Source of the DNA: Lytechinus pictus
Taxonomy: Eukaryota
Assembly: GCF_037042905.1 (NCBI RefSeq)
Contig: NC_087245.1
Coordinates: 16,368,001 to 16,432,000 of the forward strand
Direction: 5' to 3'
DNA: 64,000 bases
A program made the position numbers and the translations under genes. Positions within the stretch are counted from its first letter, which is position 1. Each line of letters begins with the position of its first letter. The notes below the pieces were generated by a model. That model did not search any database and had not been told where the DNA came from. It was given only the letters and a program-made list of their open reading frames with translations. Below, in pieces: positions 15,086-27,997 of this stretch.

Positions 15086-16081
15086 GACCAGTCTCAAAGT
15101 CAACTGAATTTCAGCATCGTGTTGGTTCGACCGTCCCTCGCCAAGCCCTTTGGAAAATAGAAAGACAATCCTTTCTTATTTTTAAAGCAGGCCCAAGAAG
15201 AAATATAATGAATGCAAAAACTCCTCTTGGATTTCAACAAAACGAATTTTTAATTGGCATGCTAAGACTAGAAAACACAAAGTTTGAAACTAATTGAGTT
15301 TTCATGTCCTGACTACGCCTCCAAACGTTTGCAGTGAACGCGTACTTATAGTTACCGAGTCTCAAGAGTATAGTAGTTTTATATTATCGCGGTTAAAGTC
15401 CTTTTCAGTTATCAATTTAAACAAGTCGACTGGTATCACACTCGCTATAACACTAAGTAATAAAACAAGTGCATCTATCATTCCGATCTTTATTGCTACT
15501 AAGCTTACTTAAAGAGAGGTAATTAGGATATATACTCTTGCAAGTGAGTTTGCATTATTTTTAGATGTCCATTGTCCGGAATATACTTCTGCACAACTCC
15601 ATTATTAAAGCAGGCCTGCCGACAAAACAACGTCTGGTTATATTAGTGTGAAAATACATCGAAATCTCCTCGTCTTGGTAAGTTTTAGTTAATTTAAAAG
15701 GAATGTATACTTTTAAAGATATTTTAAATGTATTAAAAAAATACGAAGTAATCTGTTGATGTATATTGCATAAAAAGTCGTGTTCTCTAAACCAGTATAA
15801 GGCCGAGACGCGATAACTCTTTTTGTGATATCGTTCTCTAATTGAACAAGTCCAACTTAAGTTGTTGTTTTTTAAGGAAGCAACAATACTATTACAAACA
15901 AAATGACAGAGTGCCATGTTTCAAAATGCAACAAAATGTCTCGGTGTCGTTGCTCCTGAACACATCTTCGCGATATTCAAAATACTTTCATCGCTTTCCG
16001 TGACGTTTTACATTCTCATTTCAGACATTCGACCAAGACACTTACGTTCGACAATCGAACGTTCCTGATCGACTTTCGACG

Positions 16082-16222
16082 ATGACGTCGTCTGGGGAAG
16101 AGCTACCATCGGAGGAGATGGAGGATGACCTCCCTCCCCTCCTTCAGGCTGCGAGAAATGCCGACGTCACAACCTTCAAGAAAATGCTCGAAGATGGCGA
16201 GGATGTCCTGCAAAAAGATGAG
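16082..16222 (+). CDS. Ankyrin gene coding exon 1 (MTSSGEELPSEEMEDDLPPLLQAARNADVTTFKKMLEDGEDVLQKDE)
   Basis: Acceptor ttcag ending at 16024, ATG at 16082, donor GAG|gtatga; degenerate ankyrin-cap motif PPLLQAA. Confidence 0.75.
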
Positions 16223-19200
16223 GTATGAATTTGATAGGCCGACACCGGTCAGTGTTTTTGAGGAGGACTATATACACTTTCAGATGCTGAATTACACACT
16301 GGTGTTTAGTCATAACAAAGTTAATACAGTGTTGAAATAACAACCAAAATGTGTACTTACACCAACAAAATATTTGGTGTAGTATTCTCCGCAACACGGG
16401 TGGTTCTGGGTTCGACACGATGTTTCACTGATAACCTCCTTACTAATTGTAAGTACTCGAATAGTAGAATTATGTATAGAAGTATGTTTTTAGCAGAGTG
16501 AAATTAGAAAAAACCCATCCTCCTTCATTCAAGACATTTAGACAGTAAAATATAGAATTAAGAGAGACCAAGCAAGATGGTCATCGTGGATCTATCGCTT
16601 AAATTTTTCAATTTCATCCTGCGAGTTTTACATCTCATTGATTTGATTGTCAATTCTCCATTATTTGGCCAATTTGTATCGACTTCATTCTTTCGCTGTA
16701 TATTGCCCTTTCTTCTCCCAGTTATCATATTGGTGTTGTGAACCTCCCTGCCATCCACTAGCGTACCTACGGGGGCAGAGGGGGCAGACTGCTCCCCCTG
16801 ACGAGTCACAACCCATACAAGGGACATTTTTTTTTTTTTTTTTTTTGCTTGTCAATTTTTTTCTGGTACGAAATCCTTTATTTGTGGTTGAAGACCTTTT
16901 TTTTTTGCTTGTCAAATTTTTTGGCGGGCGAATTTGCCCCCCCCCCTGTGGAAAATCCTAGGTACGCCACTGCTGCCATCGAATCCTTCTCATACAAGAT
17001 GTGATGTGTTCTTTGGGTTTCTTATTCCTCTCTCTGAAACGTCTTTCTTTTTTAAATTCTTCACTGCCACTGTCATCAGGCCCTCTTGATTATGATAATT
17101 CAATCTTAAGTATTCCAGTATAGGCTTATTTTGGATGACAATGACAATACTTGATTATTCTTGGTGAATTTGTTAAATGAACTATAATATGTTCTTTCTT
17201 GTTTATTACAGTCTTCCATGCAAAGGTTACATTTTAAAATCATTTAGAACAGAAATGCAAAATTTAATATACTTCCTTCATTCCTGGTTGCATTCGTTAG
17301 CTTTATTGACGTCGTCTAGGTCCCCTTGATTGATCTAAAGCGATTAATATCGAATTTGAACTACTTTTTAAATCCACTTTCCTTTAGTTTTACATACACT
17401 ATTTTGTACCATTAAGTTTTAAAAAAACATACAAAAGGTCGAGAGCATTAAACTCACACGACTCAGTCAATTTTGTACATGTCGAAAATAAGACCTCTAA
17501 ATTCTGGTAATATATGACGAAGAAAACACTGAGTAATTAAAGCTAACAATCTCGTGTTTGTTCGTTGTTAATCGGGTCGGGTTAATAACATGTATTCTGT
17601 TGCTCGGATTCTTTCACGGGTAATAATATACCTTTCATGGCCAAAGATTCGAAAACTAATTAAACTATAGAGGCGTGTGCATGTTCCTTCATTAAACTAG
17701 TCGGTCAAAAAAAGTTCTTTGGCGTTTGTTCGCCAGAGATAAACTTCGAACGATAGGCCCATCATAATTATACATGTAGTTTGATAAGGAGTATGTCTCC
17801 TCAAATTCAACTCTTTTGTATAAAGAATAAGAGAATAGTAATATATTATCATCAATCGAGGTTCGGCATGCATACAAAAAAGGACAGTTTTGAAGTATCC
17901 TTTTTGTTGTTTTTGTGTCATTTGCAAACTGCCCATCCCTCTCTCTCTCTCTCCCTCTCCCTTTCTCTTTTTGCCCCCACCCCTTCCCCATGCACTGCTC
18001 ATACACCATTTCAAATGGAAATATAAAGTCAATTGATTTGAGGTGGTTGTGTCATCAATTCTAACATTGTCATTCTCTAAAAAATGCAGATCATTGACCC
18101 CTATAATTCCTAATAAAACAATTACATGACGAAGGACATTGTCTAGTAATTAGTACCAATACAGGTGTTGTTTTATCTGAATGTTTGTTCATGTTCTTAC
18201 ATTGGACTCCAGCCAATTGCATCTTTCGTTTGGATTGTAAAATCGAGTTGATTATAGGCCCTACCTAAATCAAATTATTATTTAAAAAACAATAAATGTT
18301 ATTTCAAAGCCGACAAAATGGCCAATCAATATTATTACTGTACAGAATTTCAAACGCAACGTTGTTAACAGGATTAAAAAATTTCTTAAAACTCATAAAA
18401 ATGGATACCACATTTTGACAGGCTAAATAGATAAAATCGTTAAACCATGTATCTTCAATCTCTAAACTTTGACTGGTCTTAAGTTACAATTTTGGTTTAT
18501 TTTGATTGTTGCTATCGATTTCTAAAAAAAAACGGCACTTTTTTAATATTGATAGATCGATCGTCAATTATTCATCCTTGTGAAGCATGAGCAAGTGAGA
18601 TGAAGCAACGGTTTTATTTCAACACGAACGCAGTAATACAGATTTTCATCATTTCAAACCCTCAATGAAATGCGATACATAGATTAGTTTAATTGTTTTC
18701 ATTATCATTTCAAATGTAATTCCTTATTTCATCACTCAGGATGATCGGACAGTATTACATTGGGCCGCTCAGAGCGGATGCGTGCCTATCATCATGGCGG
18801 GGGTTGCCAGAGGTCTCATCTGGCATGTTAATGCTAAGAGCAAGGTGAGAAGATATACGCGAAATGATATTTGCGCTGTTGAATATTAATGATCAAGATA
18901 TCAACGAATTACACAACGTTGATGAGAACAAGGATGACGGTTGAAATTATTTTCACGTTAGAAAATAACGAAATAATTTGTGTTTTCTTTTATTTCAGTA
19001 TACTTCAAGAAATTATCAGTATATTTCTTCTTTGTTATTAAAGAAAGAGTAAAGATGGATAAGTACTTTTGATCATGAAGTCTTGTTCTAAGATATTTTA
19101 ATTTAATATAAGTTGTACATAAGAGAAACAAAAGTTACGTATTTTCATTCATGAAATCTCAAGTCTGTTTCTCACTTATTTGCTCGGTGATAAAAAAAGA

Positions 19201-22200
19201 AAGATTGATTTCAGATTAAATAAAATTAACATTTGTATCATACACATGCATGTGAAAACAATGAACATTGTTATTATGACTAAATGAACTGCCAAATAGA
19301 AGTTGTATCATACTCGAAAATTAATCCCAATCTTTTGTTTATAATTGTCTAATTAAAGCGTGGTTTGACACCCCTGCACGAGGCTTGCTTGGCTGGTTAT
19401 GTGCGTACAGTGCATGTCTTGATGTCGATAGGAGCAGATACGGAGGCACAAACTGAGGTAAGAAATATGACAGGGGCAGTATGACTGCGGTCAGGATGGG
19501 GTGGGGGCCACGCCCTCTTACGATTTTTTTTTCAAGTGGCAGGGAAAGGGAGAAAGGGAACTGATTCTTTAAACAGGAATCTCGAAATAATGACTGTGAT
19601 GTGTTCGTGTGATTCGGGTCAGTGGATTTAAATTACTTTACCTGCAGGTTTATTTTTTTGTTATACATCGTTGTCTAGAACATCTCATAACGATGAGAGT
19701 GATAGCAATGTTATTGAATTTGGTGTCGTAAAAAATGAAGGCAAAGTAACCTTAATGTCCACCACTCCGCTTGTTATGAAGCATCCTGTATAATACATCT
19801 TAATTTAAAAAAATGTAAAGAAAAAAGAAACAAACATTCGTGTCTTTAAATTTCGAATTGTTTGAGGAAATTATCGTTGTTGCTTCTCTTAATGTGTGAA
19901 TATTAATTGTTTTTAAGAAACACTGGTACGTATAGGTTAATTACAGCCCCTCTCCCGGGAGATTTGTATAGATTTATATAAGAAATGTCTAAAAAAAATT
20001 ATAGATGTAAATTATTCAATTCGAAAACATTCTACGAACACTATCACGACAATGATTTCATGTAAATACTTCTGATTGTTTCGTTCTTACTTTATTTTCC
20101 TAAATAATCTGTTTTCGTTTTGATACCAGGAGGGATATACTCCATTACTCTGTGCTGCTGGTAATGGTCATAATGATATCACACGTATCCTAGTAGGAGG
20201 TGGATGTGACCCAAACAAAAACTTACCGGTGGGTGAATATAAGCGGTAGTGATATGATNNNNNNNNNNNNNNNNNNNNNNNNNNNNNNNNNNNNNNNNNN
20301 NNNNNNNNNNNNNNNNNNNNNNNNNNNNNNNNNNNNNNNNNNNNNNNNNNNNNNNNNNNNNNNNNNNNNNNNNNNNNNNNNNNNNNNNNNNNNNNNNNNN
20401 NNNNNNNNNNNNNNNNNNNNNNNNNNNNNNNNNNNNNNNNNNNNNNNNNNNNNNNNNNNNNNNNNNNNNNNNNNNNNNNNNNNNNNNNNNNNNNNNNNNN
20501 NNNNNNNNNNNNNNNNGATGATAGTGATGATAATAATGACGATGATGGTGATAATGGAGGTAATTGTACGTTCCATCGCATTAATGATTTACATGTTGCA
20601 TTTAATGCTAGATGATTGGTGTAAATGCTCTTCACATCGCTGCATGGACGAATCAACCCGATGTCCTCGCCGATCTCCTTATCATGGGAGGGGATATCAA
20701 CAAGAAAAGCTTGGTAAGTTATGTAACAATTGATCTATAGTATGTCTAGAGACATTACGAAAATACAGGGGGAAATTTTCACCCTCAAGCTTTCATATTG
20801 AAAGATAAAATCAAACTTTGAATGATGCCATTACAACAAACTTTGGGAGAAACAACAATACAGGTCTTAGGCCTTTTTGAGAACAGTTTAAAGGCTGTAA
20901 TATTAAACTTTTTCAAAAATAATTCTTATTTTTCGACTGAGATGTTTTACTTTATAGCTTCTAAATTGTATTCTGACCCTCTTAGATAACACATATTTAT
21001 TATTTTTTTTTTTTAGATTTATCATTGAAAAAAAATCATCTACTAAAAAAATGACAAGCACAAATTACAAAATCACTTTTGTGAAGAGTCAATTAGGGCT
21101 GTAATTAGCCATGGTCAATGGGTTTAAACATGCGTATATCAAGATCAAAACTTGTTGTTTTTATTTTCCCGCCAAGAGCATAATAAGGCCCGAAACATCA
21201 AACTGCACAATCTCTGGATCATTAAGTCTGATCTTTCACCTCGGATTGCCAAGATACGTTTATCAAAGAGATTAAGCAACATTTTATCTTCTTGTCTATT
21301 TGCGTAGGTCTAGTAATCAGGACTGACTTTGGCCCGTATTGCCAAAAAAAGCAAACACCACGGTCCAGTATTTATCATTAATTTAGAATTTTTCGGATAT
21401 ATAGACACTGTCAAATATATTACAATTTATTGTATCATTAATCATTTTATAATAATTTAGTATGTTGTGCAAGAAAATGATACATATGACTTAAAAATTA
21501 TAACAGCACTTTGCCAAGTGATGGATGTATGACTTGGCATTGCGTGAAATACCGATAGCATTTTCTATCTAATACACTTGGTCTAATTTTTTTCAAAGAT
21601 GATTTGATCATCACTATTCACCAATAAATAAACTTTTCTCAAAAGGTATTGGTTTGAGAAAAGGTAGACATGTAGAATGATACTTTTGTTTAAAAATCAG
21701 AGTTTTAAAACATTGCTTGATTCTTTTTATTTATTTTATTTTATTATTATTATTATTATTAATTTTTTTTTGGGGGGGAAGGGTGCCTGGGGAGTGTTTC
21801 ATCAACATTTTCATCCGACAAGTTGTCAGATCTGACATCTTTCTCTGATGTTGATTGGCTGAGAGGTACTGTTACTATGGTAACTGTCGGATAAAATGGG
21901 ACTTGTCGGATAAAACGTCCGACAAGTCCTTTCATGAAACGCCCCCTGGTCATCTATCTCCTCGTCGATTATCGTGGGGATTATGTTTTTGGAAACTTTT
22001 GAACAGTTTGATGCCTGGTTATCCATCTCTTCATCAATTATCGGGGGCGATATCTTATTTAGTTTTAGGAATGTTTGTGTGGTCATGTCGCTCAACATCT
22101 TGCTATACCCTGTAGTAACGTACGGAATATATCATGGCTACCGGTGACTGATATTATCTAGTATATTGGGTCATTAAAGATTGAGTAAACACAAATAAAG

Positions 22201-24283
22201 GCTAGGAGATACGATTAATTGGATTGGTAATCAGATAATAGATATGGACCAGTATATTCGCTCAGCGCTTTTCATTTTTCTGAGTCCTCAAGCATTTGGA
22301 AATGCAATTTGTATATTTATTTATTACTCTTTCTTTCTCTCTCGCTCTCTTCCTCTTTTCCTTTTTTGTTTTTCTCCTCTCCGTCTCTTTCTCTCCCTCT
22401 TCTTGTTTTTTATTCCTCTATTTTTTCTTCTCTTCTATTTTCCTTCCTTCACGTCTCCCTCTCTCTTTCTCTCTCCTACAACCAGACGCGTAAAACAGCC
22501 ATGGAATTTGCACGTGAGCAGAATCACACCGACTGCGTGAATATTCTCCAGAAACATGAACAAAAAGTGAGTTTCAACAAAGAAAATCAAACCGTCATCA
22601 GAGAAATTAAGTAAAAACATTAGAAATTATTTACACAGGTTCAGAAAAAACCCTATGATTTAATATAATTTTAGTATGTTTTTCGTTATTGGGAGGGGCT
22701 GAGGTGATGTCATAACATTTGAATTGGATCATTTTTTATAGACAATTAAAAAGATACACTACTTAAGTAATACAAAGATATGAATAAAAATGGGCAAAAT
22801 CTCAGTCTAAAGGTAATAAAATAAAGAAATACATTAATATTTTCAATTAATTATAACTTTTTGTATCCATGGTTTTCGATTGCCTAGGTGTGCTATATTG
22901 AACAATTGCTTGTATCATACATGAAAATCAAGAAAGGGACCATATATAAATCAAGGCAAGGATCATATGAATAGTTGCTTAACATGTTGATTCAGCATAT
23001 GGAATGTATCATTATATTATTCTGAATGAATATCAATTATGTCTCATTTATTACAGTTGCAGCAGCATTTCAAAACGCAGTTGAGCGAGCAGGAGAGTTT
23101 CTTCCGTACCAAACTTAACCTCCTAGCCGATAAGATCCATAAGTATTACGATGATCGACTTAAGCAAGAGATAGAATACTTTGAACAGCAGTTACAAGAA
23201 CAACACGACAAGGACGCTGAAATCATCCTTAAATTGAAGTCGCGCATTGATCATTTGCTAAAAACTGAACTTGATGATGTAGACGAGGATGACCACGATG
23301 ACGCCGTCGAAGATGATAAAATGGAAAGCAAAGCGCATGTAGGCGAGGAGAAAACTTCGCTGCATCCGGATAGAGTAAATGGACATAATTCTAAAATGTC
23401 TTTAAGGAGACGAAGGCGAAGCAGCCAGTTTGCTCATCGGCCCAGAATGTTCAGCATCACTACGCCGCACGCACCCACTGAGCACGAGTCTTCGGATGAC
23501 GAGCACGCCCACGGCATACGACGTCGATATGATAGACAGATAAGCGTAGACGGACATCGTCAACCGAGGCGACCAGGGGGTAGACGACCGGGGAGCGGGC
23601 GGATCGGAAGCGGAAAGAACAAGTCCATGACGGAGTTGGTAGATGATGTCAGCAAAAAACCGTCCAGCGTGAATTTTGTCAAACGACAGGGTAGCGTGAT
23701 GGAAGAGCATAACGGTACAGAATCAAATCACATGGCATCACAAGTGCATCTACCGGGTGTGCCAACCATACGGCTTCTCCAACCTTCGAAGCCCACTCAA
23801 CCGCGTTCGTCAACGCCTACGCGTACGAGGTCGACCACTCCTTCACATGTGATGTCAATAACTCCATCCGTCTCATCCCTCTCCCCATCACCACCTCCGC
23901 CTTCTCCTATAAGCCCTTCTACAAACACAGGTTCCATGAGCCCTACCCCATCAAATGTATCTACCTCAGATTCTGTCTTCCTGGACAGTAATGAAAACCA
24001 ACTGACAGCCTCTTCCAAGCCAAAGTCAAGACGGAGTAGCATCGCTGCTTTTCTGCGACCTCACTTTAAGTCAAGCTCGAGCGTCGTGGAAGAGGAAAAA
24101 TCTCGACGCAGGAGTGTGGAGACGAAGATACCCGATGCCAAGTCAACGGCACCGGCACCATCACCTCGCAAGCCTCGTAAGAAAGGCTTCTCGTTGTTCT
24201 CTATACCTTTACCGGGTATCCCCCAAGGAATGATTGAAGATGATTCTCTTGAAGATATTGATATGGATCAGACAGGATCATGA
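16082..24283 (+). CDS. Spliced gene: ankyrin-repeat + coiled-coil + disordered-tail protein, ~617 aa. Coding exons 16082-16222, 18740-18844, 19359-19457, 20130-20228, 20612-20713, 22486-22566, 23057-24283
   Basis: All introns are GT-AG and phase 0, and the frame is continuous. Exons encode ankyrin motifs (TVLHWAAQSG, GLTPLHEACLAG, GYTPLLCAAGNGH, GVNALHIAAWTN, KTAMEFAREQNH). The last exon is the 414-aa ORF entered at the acceptor ttacag|TTG. An acceptor at 16024 implies an upstream non-coding exon. Confidence 0.85.
16756..16972. mobile_element. hAT-like MITE in ankyrin-gene intron 1
   Basis: TIR cactagcgtaccta / taggtacgccactg; perfect 8-bp TSD CTGCCATC. Confidence 0.88.
18740..18844 (+). CDS. 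Ankyrin gene exon 2 (DDRTVLHWAAQSGCVPIIMAGVARGLIWHVNAKSK)
   Basis: ctcag|GAT...AAG|gtgaga; 105 nt; ankyrin consensus. Confidence 0.85.
19359..19457 (+). CDS. Ankyrin gene exon 3 (RGLTPLHEACLAGYVRTVHVLMSIGADTEAQTE)
   Basis: taaag|CGT...GAG|gtaaga; 99 nt = one ankyrin repeat. Confidence 0.9.
20130..20228 (+). CDS. Ankyrin gene exon 4 (EGYTPLLCAAGNGHNDITRILVGGGCDPNKNLP)
   Basis: accag|GAG...CCG|gtgggt; 99 nt. Confidence 0.9.
20259..20516. other. Assembly gap (N run) next to a degenerate (GAT)n microsatellite, in ankyrin-gene intron 4
   Basis: 258 N flanked by gatatgat / gatgatagtgatgataataatgacgatgatg. Confidence 0.95.
20612..20713 (+). CDS. Ankyrin gene exon 5 (MIGVNALHIAAWTNQPDVLADLLIMGGDINKKSL)
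   Basis: gctag|ATG...TTG|gtaagt; 102 nt. Confidence 0.85.
21790..21945. mobile_element. Short palindromic MITE with 3-bp CTG TSD (PIF/Harbinger-like)
   Basis: gggagtgtttcat...atgaaacgcccc flanked by CTG on both sides; internal tccgacaa/ttgtcgga repeats. Confidence 0.7.
22325..22477 (+). repeat. ~150-nt CT-rich tract directly before the ankyrin exon 6 acceptor
   Basis: Almost pure pyrimidine. Confidence 0.8.
22486..22566 (+). CDS. Ankyrin gene exon 6 (TRKTAMEFAREQNHTDCVNILQKHEQK)
   Basis: Long polypyrimidine tract, accag|ACG...AAA|gtgagt; terminal ankyrin half-repeat. Confidence 0.85.
23057..24283 (+). CDS. Ankyrin gene exon 7 (coiled coil, acidic patch, S/P/R-rich disordered tail, stop)
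   Basis: 408 open codons plus stop, with higher GC than the flanks; acceptor ttacag at 23051-23056; TGA at 24281-24283. Confidence 0.85.
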   Translation: MQQHFKTQLSEQESFFRTKLNLLADKIHKYYDDRLKQEIEYFEQQLQEQHDKDAEIILKLKSRIDHLLKTELDDVDEDDHDDAVEDDKMESKAHVGEEKTSLHPDRVNGHNSKMSLRRRRRSSQFAHRPRMFSITTPHAPTEHESSDDEHAHGIRRRYDRQISVDGHRQPRRPGGRRPGSGRIGSGKNKSMTELVDDVSKKPSSVNFVKRQGSVMEEHNGTESNHMASQVHLPGVPTIRLLQPSKPTQPRSSTPTRTRSTTPSHVMSITPSVSSLSPSPPPPSPISPSTNTGSMSPTPSNVSTSDSVFLDSNENQLTASSKPKSRRSSIAAFLRPHFKSSSSVVEEEKSRRRSVETKIPDAKSTAPAPSPRKPRKKGFSLFSIPLPGIPQGMIEDDSLEDIDMDQTGS

Positions 24284-24329
24284 GGCGTATCCGCACCTCC
24301 CCAATCAGGAAAACAAAGACTTTGTTCTG

Positions 24330-24473
24330 GGGGCCCATTTCATAAAGCCTTACAAACCATTACAACTATCATGAAAGCCTTGATAGTGATTGGATGCTCA
24401 GTCTTGTTACAATGGTAGTTACCATGGCAAAGTTACAGTAGTTGCAACTCTTGCTCTTTGTGAAACGGGCCCC
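24330..24473. mobile_element. Short MITE related to the 21790 type, in the ankyrin gene 3' UTR
   Basis: ggggcccatttcataaag ... ctttgtgaaacgggcccc; internal ttaccatggcaa/caact motifs. Confidence 0.65.
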
Positions 24474-27400
24474 AAATGTTAAAATTTTAAAATACCTACT
24501 GTTTGTGCGTTCATACCTGCTTGAACCATATACAATTCTTGTGAGCCTGTGACAAGGCTTTCAGGTTCCTATAGAAAAGGATGGTCATTTTTCATGCCTC
24601 GCGTCTCGTTATTTCTGCTTTCATTCTGCAAAATACCCATGTGACAAGTTTATAAATTCGTTTTTAGAATCTAAATTGCAGGTATTTTCTATTGGGGATA
24701 TTGCTAATACTTTGCTTTGAAACTTGCAATTATAAATGCAACTCATGGTGAGTTAAACATAAACTTAAAATGCCATATAAAAACAAGTTAGGTTACGCAC
24801 AAGGCGAAGACATCTATTGTCTCTTTTTTTTTTTGATGCTTATGAATCACATCATTTTAATATATACTTTACCTATTTGATAAATGCTTGTTCATTTTTT
24901 TTCCCATTCACTTATATCACAAAATGGATGCCTTCAACATGTCTGTTTCAGTCCTGAAGTTGTCTTCAACCATCACACCTAAGGTAGAGCTAAGGGTATT
25001 TATGCATCAATGCAACAAATTAATGTGGTCTTAAGGTGTTTTTGTACAAAAATGAAGATATGATCTTAGTCTTTCTCTCTCTCACGCACATATATACCTT
25101 TCTTTTCTTCCTTGCCATCTCACACCTTTCTTTCTCTTTTCACCATTCTACCTCACAGGGCAGTTTCACAAAGATAAGTGATCAATTACAATTCAAAATA
25201 ACAAATCTTGATTGTTTTTTAATAATCAAGTTTGTTTAAAAATCAGTGAACAATTGGGCATGTTAAAATGATCTTGTTTATCCATTCAGCAATTGATACA
25301 AACTATTGTGTTGAAATATCCAGGGACCGTTTCAATCATGATGGTTGTAATCACTTAAATGTTTTCATTTAAAATTTCAAAAATACTTTTTTTCATTGAC
25401 AGTGAAGCACAGTAACTCTCAAACAGTATCTGTGACAGTTTTATGAATATTGTCAACACGGACAGTTTTTCCATTCCCTGACAAATACCATACTAGCAGT
25501 CAGCGACCAGGGAAAGAATTCACCAATATTGATAAAGAATGGCAGTTTGTCAGTAATGATAAATTACAAGTGTCCAATGTTTTCCCTTTTTCATCTATAT
25601 GTCTTCCTTATTAAAGATAGTTTGAATGTATGTCGATATGAATTCACCATCTATAAGTCCTATTTATTCATTGTTATAAACCTGTACAAACAGGACTGAG
25701 ATATAGTTCTCATCACACATATACCTCGTTAAACCAGTACCCCAGTAGTCTTTTGAGTAAAAACTTTGGGAAGCCGTGGCAAATCACTGAATGAAACATT
25801 GAAATGCCGTCTTCAGAGTATGGTTTGGTACTTCCTTTCTATTCTCAGGCCATTATACAGTGGAAAAAAAGGTATTCATGTACAATTCTCATAAGTTTTC
25901 AGTTTTATTACAAAATGTTCTGAATATATACATATTATACATAAATGCATGTATTTACATTGTTGGTGAAGTATGGTATCTCAAAAGAAATAAATTATAT
26001 AACATCAAAGACAATGATTTCCATCATTACTTTTATTTGTCTCAATAGAGGCGGCTCCCCACTTATGCACCTGCGTCCATATTTCCAGCACCATGTTTCT
26101 TCAATGTCTTTGAGGGAAAAGGGTACCATCTTTACCACAGCTAGCTAGCAATCACCTCAAATGCTAGCCATTCTCACATCCCACCCAATTTAGCAACTCA
26201 TTCTGTTACATAAAATTCTGAAAGTGTGCATGTAGTATTAGAGAACTCATCTATTGTAACACCATTGCAATTAGGCCAACATTTTTTATTGAACTTCTCC
26301 AGTACAAGTCATTGCATTACCTTGATTTCACTTAGATTCAGCACATGATTTCATTTTCTTCTTGAAGCATACTACTTTGGTGATGACTATTATCATGATA
26401 TGTACAAACACACTCCCTCTATAAAATATATTAATGCACTTTAACGTACAATAACAATTTCCCTATCACAAATATGTTTGACAACAGGGTGATGTATATA
26501 TCCCACATGTTGGTTCATTCAGCAAAAACACTTCCAGCCCCCATACCATAGTAACAGGTTAAGACTCTCATAAATAACTCTAGCATGATGGGTTTTGAGC
26601 TACAGTATGCAACCAATAGATCCTTGTTGTATCCTCCACAGAGCTAATGATATCCAGGGAATGTATCATTGTACTTTTTCTACAGAAGAGGCAAGTCACT
26701 TTGTCCTATTGTTTTTCATTGTCTTGCCATCCCTTCGGTTGGGCTTTGACCTTTGGACCCCCCTAAAGGCACTGCCCCTGGTCCCGTTAGGGAGCCTCAC
26801 CATCGAACCACAGAGAATTCCCTACTCTTACCAATGTTGAATGGGTGAAAGGGAATTGAAATCAAATCATAAATAACATTGTAACAATCAAATTTGTATC
26901 AAAATTAAATGGAAAATATATGATGGTTTGATGGAAATAAAGAGATTTACACTGTGCCATTGCATGCGCATCAAACAAAGGATGTATAAGTGTACATTAC
27001 AAAATACACTTCAACAATATCAAAAGGATGGCTTTCGTTGAAAATAAAGTTCAGAAACATAAATCATGTTTAGTCTTGAAATTTGTCAACAAGAGGAAAT
27101 AAAATAGTATTGAACTAATCCACAATCTTTCTTTGCATTTTCTTCAATGGTTCTGAGGAGAGAACATAATAGAATAGATAATTCATGTTCCAAACTTTAT
27201 TCTTGATCTCCCCAAAAAATTGTGTCATATTTTTCTTACAGAAGATTTTGTTTTCTAAATGAATTCATTCCTGGGGTATGATGCATAATACTTTTGCCAT
27301 AAAAAACTTCTAGCAAACAAAATTATGTCATTGACAATAACACAGTGAAAACTCTGGCAAAAATGCAACAGGCACCTGTTCTTTCATGAAGATAAAGACT

Positions 27401-27882
27401 ATTCCCCTTCCCAATATGCAATAAGTATGCTGACAATTGCATGGTACTATACCATGATGCAGAACATTGTAGAACTTTTGGTCCATCTTATTCTCAATGA
27501 TCGTCATGTGGCATCATAGGAAGCTGGCAGGAGCACACTAGGAATCAACAACATTAGCTCTTCCTTGGTTCTCTTGAATACTGAACCAATGCTACTGTAC
27601 ACCCTTGTCTCACATGGCATTGCACAGATGGAGAGCGATGATGATATCAACCTACTCACGATTGAAATCAAAGGGAACTGGCTTCTATCCATCTTTATCC
27701 ATGCATTATCATCGTCCATTGTCCAAAGTAAAAGGGAGACAGCTAAGCATCTAATTTTACTTTTAGTCACAAAAAATTGTTCAAACCACTCCAATACTGA
27801 GTTTAGTCAAGTGTTTGTAATCATCAAGTGAAGTGGAAACTTACAGCTACATCTCTGACTTGGAGGTTGACAGGGGAATATG

Positions 27883-27997
27883 CTACGATGTGAACGGTCC
27901 CGATGCAAGAAGGAGATTCCGACGAGTGAAGTGTAGATTGAAAACGGAAGTGGTTTTGGTTGGGTAAGAGCCTAGTAGAACATTTGAAGCACTAGAT
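27883..27997 (-). CDS. TAF5: TAF5 exon 17 ([31 protein letters not shown])
   Basis: Conserved C-terminus; TAG stop at 27885-27883. Confidence 0.95.

Noticed and set aside
20168-20733. ORFs of 117-177 aa
   Set aside because: They span the N gap; the real exons here are 20130-20228 and 20612-20713.
21946-22050. Two ~35-bp direct repeats beside the 21790 MITE
   Set aside because: Only two diverged copies; consistent with an ordinary local duplication.
23039-23056. ATG at 23039 as the start of a single-exon 414-aa gene
   Set aside because: An in-frame acceptor at 23056 joins it to the phase-0 ankyrin exons, so the ATG is most likely intronic.
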